Part shown: in pieces, positions 54,768 through 64,000 of the stretch
Numbering within the stretch: the stretch's first letter is position 1
Layout: every line of letters begins with the position of its first letter
Assembly (NCBI GenBank): GCA_025353015.1
Contig: JANXRM010000218.1
Coordinates: forward strand, 271-64,270
Reading direction: 5' to 3'
Origin: Hyphomicrobiales bacterium
GTDB taxonomy: Bacteria; Pseudomonadota; Alphaproteobacteria; Rhizobiales; Hyphomicrobiaceae
DNA: 64,000 nt
Made by a program: the position numbers and the translations under genes
The notes under the pieces: generated by a model
The model's input: the letters and a program-made list of their open reading frames with translations, nothing else
What the model was told of the DNA's origin: nothing
Databases searched by the model: none

Positions 54768-54868
54768 CTCCTCTTTCGGAAACGTTTCGATGCATGAGAT
54801 ATCTATTGCCGGGAGCCCGAAAACAAACGATCATTACGAACCCAACAGATGAGAAAACCTCAATAACC

Positions 54869-55804
54869 ATGCCCCGCCCTCTGCCTCCGTTGAATGCCCT
54901 TCGCGCCTTTGAAGCGACCGCCCGTCACCTGAGCTTCACGCGCGCTGCCGACGAGCTGGCGGTGACGCCGGCTGCCCTTAGCCATCAGATCCGCGGCCTA
55001 GAGGAGTTTCTGGACGAGCGCTTGTTCGAACGGAAAGCTCGCAGCATCGCCCTGACACCGAAAGGTGCCCTGCTATATCCAGGTCTCCACGCAGCGTTCC
55101 TGCAAATCCGCCAGTCGGTCGAACTTTTGCAGCGCGACCTCTCCGAGCGCGTGCTTGTCGTCAGCGCACCGCCCGGTTTCACGGCAAAATGGTTGGCCCC
55201 ACGGCTCTACCGCTTCATGTTCGCCTATCCCGAAATCGATGCCCGTATTTCCGCGTCGAAAGAGCTGGCGAACTTCACCACCGATGGCGTCGACATTGCA
55301 ATCCGCAATGCCCGCGGCGCTATGCCGGGTTTGTGGTCGCGCAAGCTCATGGGCATCCATCTAGTTCCGGTTTTAAGTCCGCGCCTGCTGGCGGTTTTGG
55401 GCGGTCTCAATTCCCCGCAGGATCTGCATCGCGCACCCTTGATCCATGACGATATGTTGGGTCTGTTGCCCGGTATGCCGACCTGGGCGCATTGGCTCGA
55501 AGCCCAGGGCGTCAACGGCATCGACCTCGGCCGAGGCTTGCGCTTCAACAGTCCGGATCATGCACTGGAGGCAGCTGGTGAGGGCGCCGGCGTGTTGCTG
55601 GCCCAACGCGAACTCGCTCACGATGACATCCGTTCCGGCCGGCTGGTTGCGCCCTTCGCCCAAGAACTGGAGGCTGATCGATCGTTCATGGTCACCTGCC
55701 CCGATGGGTTCGAGACCCGGCCGAAAATTCGCGCCGTCCGCGATTGGCTCGACAGCGAGGTGGCGCGTATGTCCACGCCGCCTGAGTCAGCCGTTGTCGG
55801 CTGA
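54869..55804 (+). CDS. LysR family transcriptional regulator (GcvA-like)
   Basis: Trimmed to ATG 54869 (MPRPLPPLNALRAFEATARHLSFTRAADEL...), with the canonical LysR wHTH N-terminus. Confidence 0.85.
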   Translation: MPRPLPPLNALRAFEATARHLSFTRAADELAVTPAALSHQIRGLEEFLDERLFERKARSIALTPKGALLYPGLHAAFLQIRQSVELLQRDLSERVLVVSAPPGFTAKWLAPRLYRFMFAYPEIDARISASKELANFTTDGVDIAIRNARGAMPGLWSRKLMGIHLVPVLSPRLLAVLGGLNSPQDLHRAPLIHDDMLGLLPGMPTWAHWLEAQGVNGIDLGRGLRFNSPDHALEAAGEGAGVLLAQRELAHDDIRSGRLVAPFAQELEADRSFMVTCPDGFETRPKIRAVRDWLDSEVARMSTPPESAVVG

Positions 55805-55973
55805 CGAATTTCACGCAGCATCGCTGGTGTTAGCGACTAATCCTGATAGGCTCCGGGAGAGCCGAGGCGAAGCCAACCTGGCCGGAGCAAGACTGAACCG
55901 AATTCCCCGGATGCCGCGAAGAATCGAGCAGAATCGAGACGTAAAACACATCACGTAACGGAGAGACTCAGCC

Positions 55974-56756
55974 ATGCAATTCACGATGAAAGGGCGCAAT
56001 GCGCTGATTACAGGCGGCAGCCTCGGCATCGGACTGACGATCGCCCAGACCTTCGCCAAAGCCGGCGCCAACGTCGCCATCACCGCCCGCCGCGCCGATG
56101 TCTTGGAAAAAGCCAAAGCCGCCATTCAAGCAGTGAGCAGCGGCCGCGTTGTCGCCATCGCTGGAGATATGGCCAAGGCCGACGATTGCGCGCGCGTTTT
56201 CAAGGCCGCAGAAGCCGGACTCGGTTCCATCGACGTCCTGGTGAACAACGCCGGCACCTCGCGGCGCGGCGCCTTCGAGAGCATCACCGACGAGCTTTGG
56301 CAGCAGGATCTGGATCTGAAATTGTTCGGCGCCATCCGCCTCGCGCGCCTTGCACTACCCGGCATGAAATCGCGCAAATACGGCCGCATCATCAACATTC
56401 TGAATACCGGCGCCAAAGCGCCGACTGCCGAAGGCGCGCCAACAGCCGTGACTCGCGCCGCAGGTATGGCGCTCACGAAGGTCCTCGCTGGCGAAGGCGC
56501 CAAACATAACGTCCTCGTCAACGCCCTGCTCGTCGGCCGCATCGAGAGCGACCAATGGGTGCAGCGGCACGCCACCGAAGGCAAGAACCAGACGCTCGAG
56601 GACTACTACGCGGATATGGGCAAAACACTTCCCATGGGGCGACTGGGAACCGCACAGGAATTCGCCAACGCCGCCCTATTCCTGGCCTCCGATGCCGGCT
56701 CGTACATCAATGGCACCGCCTTGAACGTCGATGGCGGTCTCTGCCCAGTCGTTTGA
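55974..56756 (+). CDS. SDR family oxidoreductase (FabG-like)
   Basis: ITGGSLGIG and NNAG motifs, with a C-terminal GTALNVDGG. Confidence 0.85.
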   Translation: MQFTMKGRNALITGGSLGIGLTIAQTFAKAGANVAITARRADVLEKAKAAIQAVSSGRVVAIAGDMAKADDCARVFKAAEAGLGSIDVLVNNAGTSRRGAFESITDELWQQDLDLKLFGAIRLARLALPGMKSRKYGRIINILNTGAKAPTAEGAPTAVTRAAGMALTKVLAGEGAKHNVLVNALLVGRIESDQWVQRHATEGKNQTLEDYYADMGKTLPMGRLGTAQEFANAALFLASDAGSYINGTALNVDGGLCPVV

Positions 56757-57028
56757 TCTAGCGAGAAAATAGCCCACGTCGCGACGAGGACGGGCAATCC
56801 CCGGCCTCCCGCCAGGGGAACGGCTGGCACCTGCGGGCGCCGGCCAAATCGGCGGTCAGATCACGAGGGCCCAGATTCCCGTGACGAGCCGGGTTCACGC
56901 ATCTGCAATGGTTGGGGTCGTCCCAATTCCTGTCACGAGCGCCGAATAAAGAGTACCATGAAGGGGCAAAAGGGTCCGGCCCCGAATGACTACAATCGGC
57001 ATTGGGCAGGCCCGAACAACGGCGGCGC

Positions 57029-60000
57029 ATGAATCGAGTATTGCTTATCATCGGCGGCCTCATGGTCGGCATCCTGGCTGCGTTGTTCGTCGTGCCAGTC
57101 TTTGTCGATTGGACACGCTATCGGGGAAGCTTTGAGGAAGAGGCGACACGTCTCCTCGGCCGCGACGTCCGCGTCGGCGGCAAAGTGAACTTGCGCTTAC
57201 TCCCCAGCCCCTACGTGCGCTTCGAAAAGATCCGCGTCGCCGATACCAAGGCGACCGTCGGCAAACCTTTGTTCACCGCCGAGGACTTTACCCTTTGGCT
57301 GTCCGTGTCGGCTCTTCTGCGCGGCGAGTTCGAGGCGAGCGTCATCGAGTTGCACAAGCCCGTCTTGACCCTTGTGTTGGACGAAAAGGGCGGCGGCAAT
57401 TGGACGAATCTAACCGCGGCGACAGGTCAACCGGTAGCTGCCCCAGCCGCGTTCGCGTTCGATAGCCTCCGCATCAACAACGGAACGATCTCGGTCTACA
57501 GCGCCACCGGCGACGAACGCACGCGATTCGAACATATCAACGGCGAGGTATCCTCACCCGCCATCGAAGGCCCCTACAAGATCGCGGCAGCATTCGCCCA
57601 TGCAGGCTCCCCTCGCGAAATTCGCATTTCGACGGCCAAGCCCGAGCCCGATGGCGCGATCCGCCTGAAGGGCACGGTTCGCGCACCGACCGCGGGCATA
57701 AATTACGGCATTGACGGCAAGCTGACGGATCTGTTCCAGCAGCCCCGATTCCAGGGCGAGCTGAGCGCGCGGCTGCCGCTACCGGCATCGGCCACGCTTG
57801 GCGCCGCACAAGATCCGGCAAAACAACAGGCTACACCAGCACAGCCCGAAGCCTCGTTCGAATTTAAAAGTGGGATCAAGGCCGACGCGTCGGGTGCCGA
57901 ATTCAACGACTTGGCGTTGACCTACGACCAGGACGGCCAGCCGCAGCTTGCAACAGGCACAGCACGGGTGAATTGGCGGGACCGGACGATCGCAACGGCC
58001 CAGATTCATTCGCGTTGGCTCGATCTCGACCGTGTAACCGGGCGCAGCGCCAAAACACAACTTGCAGAGCAACTCCAACGTCTGGCGACAACCTTGGATG
58101 GCGCACTGCCACTCGATGGTCAGACGAATATTGGCATAAGTCTCGATCAGGTCACGCTCGGCAGCGACATCGTCAGCGGAGTGGCTCTTAAAGCCGAACG
58201 CAAGGACCAAATTCTCAGCCTTGAGGCCAGTGCCGGAATCCCGGGCGGCGGCCGCATCGAGGCCCAGGGCGTCGTCGATACCAGGACTGCAGAACGACTG
58301 TTTGACGGCGATTTCCACCTGCGCGGCACAAGCGCCTCGCGTTTCCTCACCTGGGCCGGCCGCAATACCACGGTGCCACAAATCACACGCGACGGACCAT
58401 TCAACGTCAGCGGCAAGGCGGTCCTCGGCTCGACCAATTTCGCCGGGCGCAACCTCGACATCCAGTTTGCAGGCAATCGCCTGGAGGGCACCGCCAGCTG
58501 GGCGCACGGTACCAACGGACGGCAAATAACGTTGATGCTGGACGGCGCCGCGCTGGACCTGACGCCGTTTGCTGAGCCAGCGGCGAGCCCGCTCGCAGCA
58601 CTTCGCGGCATCGCAACAAAACTGGTGGATTGGCCCGGACCAACCGCGACCGCCGTCCCAGGCAAAGCCGCCGACACAGCATTGCCGTTGATCGTTGCGC
58701 GTCTTCGCATCGGTCAACTGACAGCCGGCCGTGGCAAGTTCCAGGACGTCGCCACGGACGTGCGCTACGAAGCTGGCCGCCTCTCGATTTCAGAGTTGAA
58801 GTTCGGCTCCGAAGCCGGGTGGTCGCTCGACATTCAAGGCGACATCTCCGGTCTCTCAAATCCGGCGTCACGAGGTGCAGTAACCTGGGAGATGACAGCC
58901 GGTAGCGTGCCCGCGCTCCAGGAGTTCCTCACCTTGAGTGAGCTTGCAGGCCCATGGTTTTCAACGCCAGAACGGGCCGCAGCGCTTGTGCCGGTGCATA
59001 TGGCAGGCCGCCTTCGCATCGGCGAACCAGGCGCCGGCACCTACGACGTTGCCTTCGATGGCAACCTAGGCCCCACGCGCGCATCCGGTTCTGCCCGGCT
59101 CGATGGTCTCGACGGCAAAGCGGACAACTGGCGCAATGCCAAATCCGATATCGCCATCACCCTCGAGGGCGGTGACATCGGCCGCATGATCGAGCAACTG
59201 GCGCCGCCATCCTGGCGGCCGGCACCTGCAAATTCGCGTCAGCCTGGCCGCATCGCGTTTCGCGGGATCGGCACGCCCAGGAGCGGCCTCATCTCCCTCG
59301 CAACGCTCGAAACAGCGGGGCTTGCAACGGAATACCGCGGCCGCGTCAGCACCACGGACACGGCCAAACTGGCGCTGGAGGGAGAACTTCGACTGGCCTC
59401 GACCGACATCGGTCAATCCTTGGCACTGGTTGGAGTGCGGCAACGCGCAAGTCTGATGAACCAGCCGGCTTCGGGCGTTTTTGCTCTTTCCGGCAACCTG
59501 GACCGCATGCAAGTCGCATCAGCACGAATGACCGCCGGCACCGCGATACTCTCCGGCGCCCTGGACATCGAGCAGCGCGCTGAGGGCGTCAAGCTCACCG
59601 GCAAAATTGCGACGAGCGAACTCAGCCTCGCAAGCGTGCTGGGCCTGATTACGCAGTCTCGCGCCCAAGCAGTGATGGGACCGCCGCCACCGTCACAGGC
59701 CACTGCCCAGTCGCCGGCGCTAGCGCTTGCAGCGTCGCGCCAGTCCGTATGGAGCGACGATGTCTTCGACCTTTCAGCCGTCGCCGACGTCGAGATCCAG
59801 ATCCAGATTGACGCGGCCAAGACCACTCTGACGCCCGAACTCACGCTCGGAAAGTCCGGTTACGAAGTGGTGACGAAGGCCGGCCGCATCGAACTCAAGC
59901 TGATAGAGGCGGCTGTTCTGGGTGGCACCATGACCGGCAGTCTGCAAATTGAACGCAATCCCGTCGGTGCCTCCGCAAAAACGGCACTTCGCGTGAACAA

Positions 60001-61123
60001 GGCACGCCTCGAATCGATTGCAGCGTCCGGCACAAAACCGTCTGCGACGGGTGCAATGACTTTAAGCCTCGACCTGGAGGGCAAAGCGCTCAGTCCGCGC
60101 CATCTCATCACTACCTTGCGCGGCCAGGGCGAGATGACGATTGCCGAAGGTCGCCTCGATCGCCTGTCTCCCAAAGGCCTTCGCGAGACGGTCGAGGCTA
60201 TGCTCGCGATCAAAGGCGAGCCGCCGCACGATGAGTTGGCCCGCCGCCTCGCCACGGCATTGGGAAGCAGCGCCCCAGGCAACTCGGTGAACATCGGCCA
60301 ACGCATCTTGGCCCTGCAAGTGGCCGAGGGCAACGTACGCTTTGCCCCTCTGCTGATCGAAACGCCGGACGGACGCCTGAACGGAACCACCGTATTCGAT
60401 CTCGACGCGCAGCGTTTCGACAGCGAATGGAAGATCGAAGCGAACGCCCAAGCGCCAAAAACAGACCAACCAACGGTGGCAGCCAAGCAAAGGCCGCCGT
60501 TGCCCGGCGTAACGGCCGTCTACGTCGGTTCGCTCGCGGCAATCGGGACCGTCGAGCCGCGGCTGCAATTCGATGCGCTGGCCCGCGAGCTCGCCGTACG
60601 GAAAATGGAACGCGACCTCGACGAGCTGGAGCGGCTGCGGAAACTCGACGAAGAGCGCAACCGGCTGGAAGCAGAGCGCCGCAAACAACTGGAGGCCGAG
60701 CGAGCGGCCGGTACGCCATCCATGTCCACGCCTGCAGCACCGCCTTCGGCCACCGTCCAGCCGGCGCCGCAGTCCTCGCCTCAGCCAGCGTCCGTATCGC
60801 CGTCGTCTCCAGCATCACCACTCTCACCACCGGCAACGATCGCACCGGGCCAGAAGCCCGCGCAGATCGACGTTCCGCTACCTCTGCCGCCCGTCCTGGT
60901 CCAGCCACCGCAACCCGCCAGCCGCCCGCCTGAGACAACCAACGGCGCACTGGTGGCGCCTCCATCTGAGACGCCAAACGTACCCGAAACACAATCAGTG
61001 CCCGAGCCACCTTCGCCGCCGGAAATCGGACTGACGCCGGCAGCAGCCCCTCCAGTACGCCCGGCGCAGCCGAAAGCAGCGCCCAAAAACGTATTCAAGG
61101 AGCAATTCAAGGCGGCCCCTTGA
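57029..61123 (+). CDS. AsmA-family large envelope protein with a coiled-coil and a Pro-rich C-terminal tail
   Basis: Trimmed to ATG 57029 (MNRVLLIIGGLMVGILAALFVVPVFVDW... AsmA N-terminal anchor). About 1360 aa. The C-terminus has ERLRKLDEERNRLEAERRKQLEAER followed by a PxP-rich tail. Confidence 0.75.
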   Translation: MNRVLLIIGGLMVGILAALFVVPVFVDWTRYRGSFEEEATRLLGRDVRVGGKVNLRLLPSPYVRFEKIRVADTKATVGKPLFTAEDFTLWLSVSALLRGEFEASVIELHKPVLTLVLDEKGGGNWTNLTAATGQPVAAPAAFAFDSLRINNGTISVYSATGDERTRFEHINGEVSSPAIEGPYKIAAAFAHAGSPREIRISTAKPEPDGAIRLKGTVRAPTAGINYGIDGKLTDLFQQPRFQGELSARLPLPASATLGAAQDPAKQQATPAQPEASFEFKSGIKADASGAEFNDLALTYDQDGQPQLATGTARVNWRDRTIATAQIHSRWLDLDRVTGRSAKTQLAEQLQRLATTLDGALPLDGQTNIGISLDQVTLGSDIVSGVALKAERKDQILSLEASAGIPGGGRIEAQGVVDTRTAERLFDGDFHLRGTSASRFLTWAGRNTTVPQITRDGPFNVSGKAVLGSTNFAGRNLDIQFAGNRLEGTASWAHGTNGRQITLMLDGAALDLTPFAEPAASPLAALRGIATKLVDWPGPTATAVPGKAADTALPLIVARLRIGQLTAGRGKFQDVATDVRYEAGRLSISELKFGSEAGWSLDIQGDISGLSNPASRGAVTWEMTAGSVPALQEFLTLSELAGPWFSTPERAAALVPVHMAGRLRIGEPGAGTYDVAFDGNLGPTRASGSARLDGLDGKADNWRNAKSDIAITLEGGDIGRMIEQLAPPSWRPAPANSRQPGRIAFRGIGTPRSGLISLATLETAGLATEYRGRVSTTDTAKLALEGELRLASTDIGQSLALVGVRQRASLMNQPASGVFALSGNLDRMQVASARMTAGTAILSGALDIEQRAEGVKLTGKIATSELSLASVLGLITQSRAQAVMGPPPPSQATAQSPALALAASRQSVWSDDVFDLSAVADVEIQIQIDAAKTTLTPELTLGKSGYEVVTKAGRIELKLIEAAVLGGTMTGSLQIERNPVGASAKTALRVNKARLESIAASGTKPSATGAMTLSLDLEGKALSPRHLITTLRGQGEMTIAEGRLDRLSPKGLRETVEAMLAIKGEPPHDELARRLATALGSSAPGNSVNIGQRILALQVAEGNVRFAPLLIETPDGRLNGTTVFDLDAQRFDSEWKIEANAQAPKTDQPTVAAKQRPPLPGVTAVYVGSLAAIGTVEPRLQFDALARELAVRKMERDLDELERLRKLDEERNRLEAERRKQLEAERAAGTPSMSTPAAPPSATVQPAPQSSPQPASVSPSSPASPLSPPATIAPGQKPAQIDVPLPLPPVLVQPPQPASRPPETTNGALVAPPSETPNVPETQSVPEPPSPPEIGLTPAAAPPVRPAQPKAAPKNVFKEQFKAAP

Positions 61124-61136
61124 CACAGTCCGCCAC

Positions 61137-62558
61137 CTAGCCGTGCGCCGGTTTCGTCGCGACGACGCAGTGCATGGCATGGGCGTGGAAAAGCGTTCCC
61201 GTGGCGGTAGCTGCATCACGTGCGGATCGCCAGGCGGCCAGTTCGCTGTCGGACAGTTGCGAAACGACGTGGTCCTCCCGATAGCGCCAGATCGGACTCC
61301 CGGGTCGGTCCAGCGTCACCAAGGCAGGACAGCCTCTGACATCACGCAATCCCGCCCGCGCCATGCGCGCATAGAGGCTTTTGTCCGCGACGCCCCGTTG
61401 CCCAACCGACTGCGGCGGCGTCTCCGCACGCTCTCTGATCGTGTCCGGCACTGCCAGGCTCCACATCTGCCCGATATCGATCGCCCTGACGATAACGCCA
61501 ACGCGCCCGCCGGGCCGCACCACCCGCGCCATTTCCGCGATCGCTTTGTCCGCGTCGCACTCCTCAAGCACCGTCACCGAGAATGCACAATCGAAACTGT
61601 CGTCGCCAAACGGCAAGGCCTCGGCGCTACCCGATTGAAACCGGATCGCATGCTCCAGGCCCTGTGCTTTTGCGAGACCCCGCGCCTCGCGCAGCAGAAA
61701 GGCATTGACGTCCAATGCCTCGATGGCAGGACCCGACGTCAGCGCCGCCAATCCCAACCGCTGCGCCAGAAGCCGGTCCAGCGCCCCCGATCCGCAACCG
61801 ACATCGAGAAATCGCAGCGGTGCACCAGTGGCGACCGGCAGCCCGCCTGCGGGCACATTCAAGTCCTGAACCATGACGTCGATCAGCGACCGGAACATCG
61901 CCCGATAGGTCGGCGCCCGCGCCCGGTCTTCGAGTGCTGCAACGCCGCCGATATGCGCACCACCGAGCCTGATGACCGAAAAATTCTGGGCCAATGCCGT
62001 AACCACAGGGTCCCATTGCGACGGCGCTAAAAAGAACGGCAACAGGACGAGCGCCGGCCCCTCACCTTCGATGCGATAACTGATGCCGGCGTGCGATCCG
62101 GAGCGCACGAGGCTGCGGCTCGGCACACCGGCGACAGGACCGCCCGCGGAAGCCGGAACCAGATGTTGCGCCATGATCCGTGTGATCTCCACACCCCGGT
62201 CAGCAACCACATCGGCCCACCCTGGCGCATCGTATCCGGCCAAGATGCTCCGATGAGCCCCTGGCAAGCGAGCCATTGCTCGTGCCGTCGCTTCGAAGCT
62301 CATGCCGTGCGCGTCGGCAATCATGGTCAGGCGATCGGCGATGGCGCTGAATGGCGCTGGATCGAGTCGCGTCGGCACACACAGCACGAGACCCGCGATC
62401 CGCGCAGCATGGTCGCGGGCAAGATCTGCGAGATCGCCCGGCATCTGCGCCGCAAAGTAGGCGGCCCTCAAATCGAGATGACCCAGCAGCGCCAGCAACC
62501 GCTCGACGGTCGGCAGTTCCTCGCTCACGAGACCCCCAATGGCTTGCAGACGGTTCAA
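61137..62558 (-). CDS. Fusion protein: N-terminal alpha/beta-hydrolase-like regions plus a class I SAM-dependent methyltransferase
   Basis: SAM motif I FLDVGCGSGAL and a C-terminal methyltransferase fold (VRPGGRVGVIV). The N-terminal 230 aa are only weakly hydrolase-like. Confidence 0.6.
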   Translation of the reverse strand: MNRLQAIGGLVSEELPTVERLLALLGHLDLRAAYFAAQMPGDLADLARDHAARIAGLVLCVPTRLDPAPFSAIADRLTMIADAHGMSFEATARAMARLPGAHRSILAGYDAPGWADVVADRGVEITRIMAQHLVPASAGGPVAGVPSRSLVRSGSHAGISYRIEGEGPALVLLPFFLAPSQWDPVVTALAQNFSVIRLGGAHIGGVAALEDRARAPTYRAMFRSLIDVMVQDLNVPAGGLPVATGAPLRFLDVGCGSGALDRLLAQRLGLAALTSGPAIEALDVNAFLLREARGLAKAQGLEHAIRFQSGSAEALPFGDDSFDCAFSVTVLEECDADKAIAEMARVVRPGGRVGVIVRAIDIGQMWSLAVPDTIRERAETPPQSVGQRGVADKSLYARMARAGLRDVRGCPALVTLDRPGSPIWRYREDHVVSQLSDSELAAWRSARDAATATGTLFHAHAMHCVVATKPAHG

Positions 62559-62695
62559 GCGGCTGTTTCACGAGACGACAGCGATGACCTGTCTGCCGAC
62601 AGTCGCAAAGCCGGCGCCCGCACTCTCGTTTGCCATTCACTTCAGGAGCAGGCAAGTAGGACGCAACCAAAATTCTCGAAACCGGAACCACACCC

Positions 62696-63682
62696 ATGCG
62701 CCAGCCCAACCTCGTCGTCACCTTGGAAGCTGACGCGCGCGCGCGCGGCGTCATCGCCGCAACGATCGGTGCGACGGCTCGCATCACCTATTTGTCTGAC
62801 TTGCCCGCGTCCGATCGTGCCGCCGTGCTCAGCGCCGCAACGGTCGTACTGGCACGCAACACCGGCAAGGAGCTCGAAACAGGCGAACCTGCGCTCTTGG
62901 CCAACGCGCAGCTCATTCAATTCGTTACCGCCGGCGTCGATTACATCCCGCTCGGCCAACTGCCGCCGGCCGTTCCGGTCGCGAGCAACGGCGGCGCCTA
63001 CTCAGAGCCCATGGCCGAGCACGCGGTCGCCATGGCTTTCGCGGCGGCGAAACGCCTGCTCGTCGAGCACGACAAGCTCAAGCGCGGCGAATTCGATCAG
63101 TTCCGCCCAAACCGCATGCTGGCAGGCAGCGTCTGCGGCATCCTGGGCTTCGGCGGCATCGGCATCGCGACGGCCCGGTCGATGCGCGCGCTCGGATTGC
63201 ACGTTCACGCCCTCAACCGCCGCGGCAAGACCGACGAACCCGTCGCCTGGATCGGCCGCGAAAGCGACCTCGACACGCTGCTGCGGGCCGCCGATGTCCT
63301 GGTGCTGAGCTTGCCGCTGACGCCAAAAAGCAACCGCCTGATCGGTGCGCGCGAGTTGGCCCTGATGAAGCCCGACGCAATTCTCATCAACCTTGCCCGC
63401 GGCGAGATTGTCGACGAGGCGGCCCTCTACGCCCACGTCAAAGCGACGCCGACGTTCACGGCCTGCATCGACGCCTGGTGGATCGAGCCCGTGCGCCACA
63501 ATACGTTCCGCATGGACCATCCATTCCTGGATCTACCGAATGTGATCGGCTCGCCGCACAACTCGGCCTCGGTGCGAGCTTGGCGCGACATTGCGCTCCG
63601 CCGCGCCACCGAGAACGCACGCCTCGCATGTGTTGGCGAAGCACCGCGCTATCTCGTGCCACTGGAAGACCGGATGATGTGA
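62696..63682 (+). CDS. D-isomer-specific 2-hydroxyacid dehydrogenase family (NAD-binding)
   Basis: GILGFGGIGIATARS Rossmann motif, with NLARGEIVDE and GSPHNS catalytic region. Confidence 0.8.
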   Translation: MRQPNLVVTLEADARARGVIAATIGATARITYLSDLPASDRAAVLSAATVVLARNTGKELETGEPALLANAQLIQFVTAGVDYIPLGQLPPAVPVASNGGAYSEPMAEHAVAMAFAAAKRLLVEHDKLKRGEFDQFRPNRMLAGSVCGILGFGGIGIATARSMRALGLHVHALNRRGKTDEPVAWIGRESDLDTLLRAADVLVLSLPLTPKSNRLIGARELALMKPDAILINLARGEIVDEAALYAHVKATPTFTACIDAWWIEPVRHNTFRMDHPFLDLPNVIGSPHNSASVRAWRDIALRRATENARLACVGEAPRYLVPLEDRMM

Positions 63683-63699
63683 GTACGAAAGCCTGGCGC

Positions 63700-64000
63700 T
63701 CACGGCAACTTGGCCGAATGCCAGGCGACCATCTGCCAGCCGCCCCCGCGTTTCGCATACACATCCGTGAAACGCACGCCGAAGGCATTCGGCTTGCCCC
63801 CGGAAACCACTTTGATCTGCGCCACCCCGGTCAGCACGACGACGTCGCCGAGATCCTGTGCTTTGACATCGGACGTCTCGACCGACGTATACACGGTGGA
63901 GCCCGACTGCATGTTGCCGATCAAACTTTTCTTGGTATCGAGCCGCGCCGACGAATGCGTGTAGACGAGATCGTCGCCGATCACTTTTCCAGAAAGACAT
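63700..64000 (-). CDS. NTF2-like/DUF4440 (SnoaL-like) protein, 5' end outside the window
   Basis: The frame of track ORF 63700..63984 stays open to the window edge. The C-terminal ...FTDVYAKRGGGWQMVAWHSAKL is typical of DUF4440/NTF2-like folds. Confidence 0.55.
   Translation of the reverse strand, partial: CLSGKVIGDDLVYTHSSARLDTKKSLIGNMQSGSTVYTSVETSDVKAQDLGDVVVLTGVAQIKVVSGGKPNAFGVRFTDVYAKRGGGWQMVAWHSAKLP

Noticed and set aside
1-64000. CRISPR arrays, IS elements, integrases, prophage genes and known defence systems.
   Set aside because: I found none. There are no spaced identical repeats of 25-40 bp, no transposase/integrase/RT/nuclease-helicase-like ORFs, and no restriction-modification signatures beyond an ordinary small-molecule-type methyltransferase fusion.

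Overview
This is a GC-rich alphaproteobacterial chromosomal segment. Gene content (DUF2865, cpdR-hpt, ftsEX-ydcF-plsC, class II nrdJ, the 'IPAKAGTH' REP-type repeat) suggests Hyphomicrobiales/Rhizobiales, but that is inference only. I support about 58 protein-coding genes, almost all ordinary housekeeping or metabolic genes, and one tRNA-Arg(CCG). I see no rRNA, CRISPR array, transposase, integrase, reverse transcriptase or recognisable defence system.

The ORF track contains many long antisense or out-of-frame ORFs, which are typical high-GC artefacts; I rejected them.

Main observations worth follow-up:
1. Four copies of the pattern GAAC-N7-GAACAT, which has the geometry of the alphaproteobacterial LexA (SOS) operator, all lie in non-coding DNA. 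Two sit in front of an uncharacterised 126-aa ORF in a small AT-richer islet next to tRNA-Arg. One is upstream of nrdJ. One lies in a gene-less region.
2. A roughly 1.25 kb stretch (51775-53028) has no credible ORF. It shows strong A+C strand skew, about 8 copies of CTGACGC plus related ACGCGAC/GACGCAAC motifs, and an internal intrinsic terminator. This suggests one or more C/A-rich non-coding RNAs or a protein-binding array.
3. Several short perfect tandem repeats sit in promoter regions: a 14-mer x4, a 15-mer x2 carrying GANTC, and a 12-mer x3.
4. A trimeric autotransporter adhesin is translationally coupled to a membrane-anchored hypothetical protein.

I cannot name a clearly novel multi-gene system here. 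The SOS-boxed islet and the skewed non-coding region are the best candidates.

All coordinates for non-ORF features were indexed by hand and may be off by 1-2 nt. No searches or computations were run.
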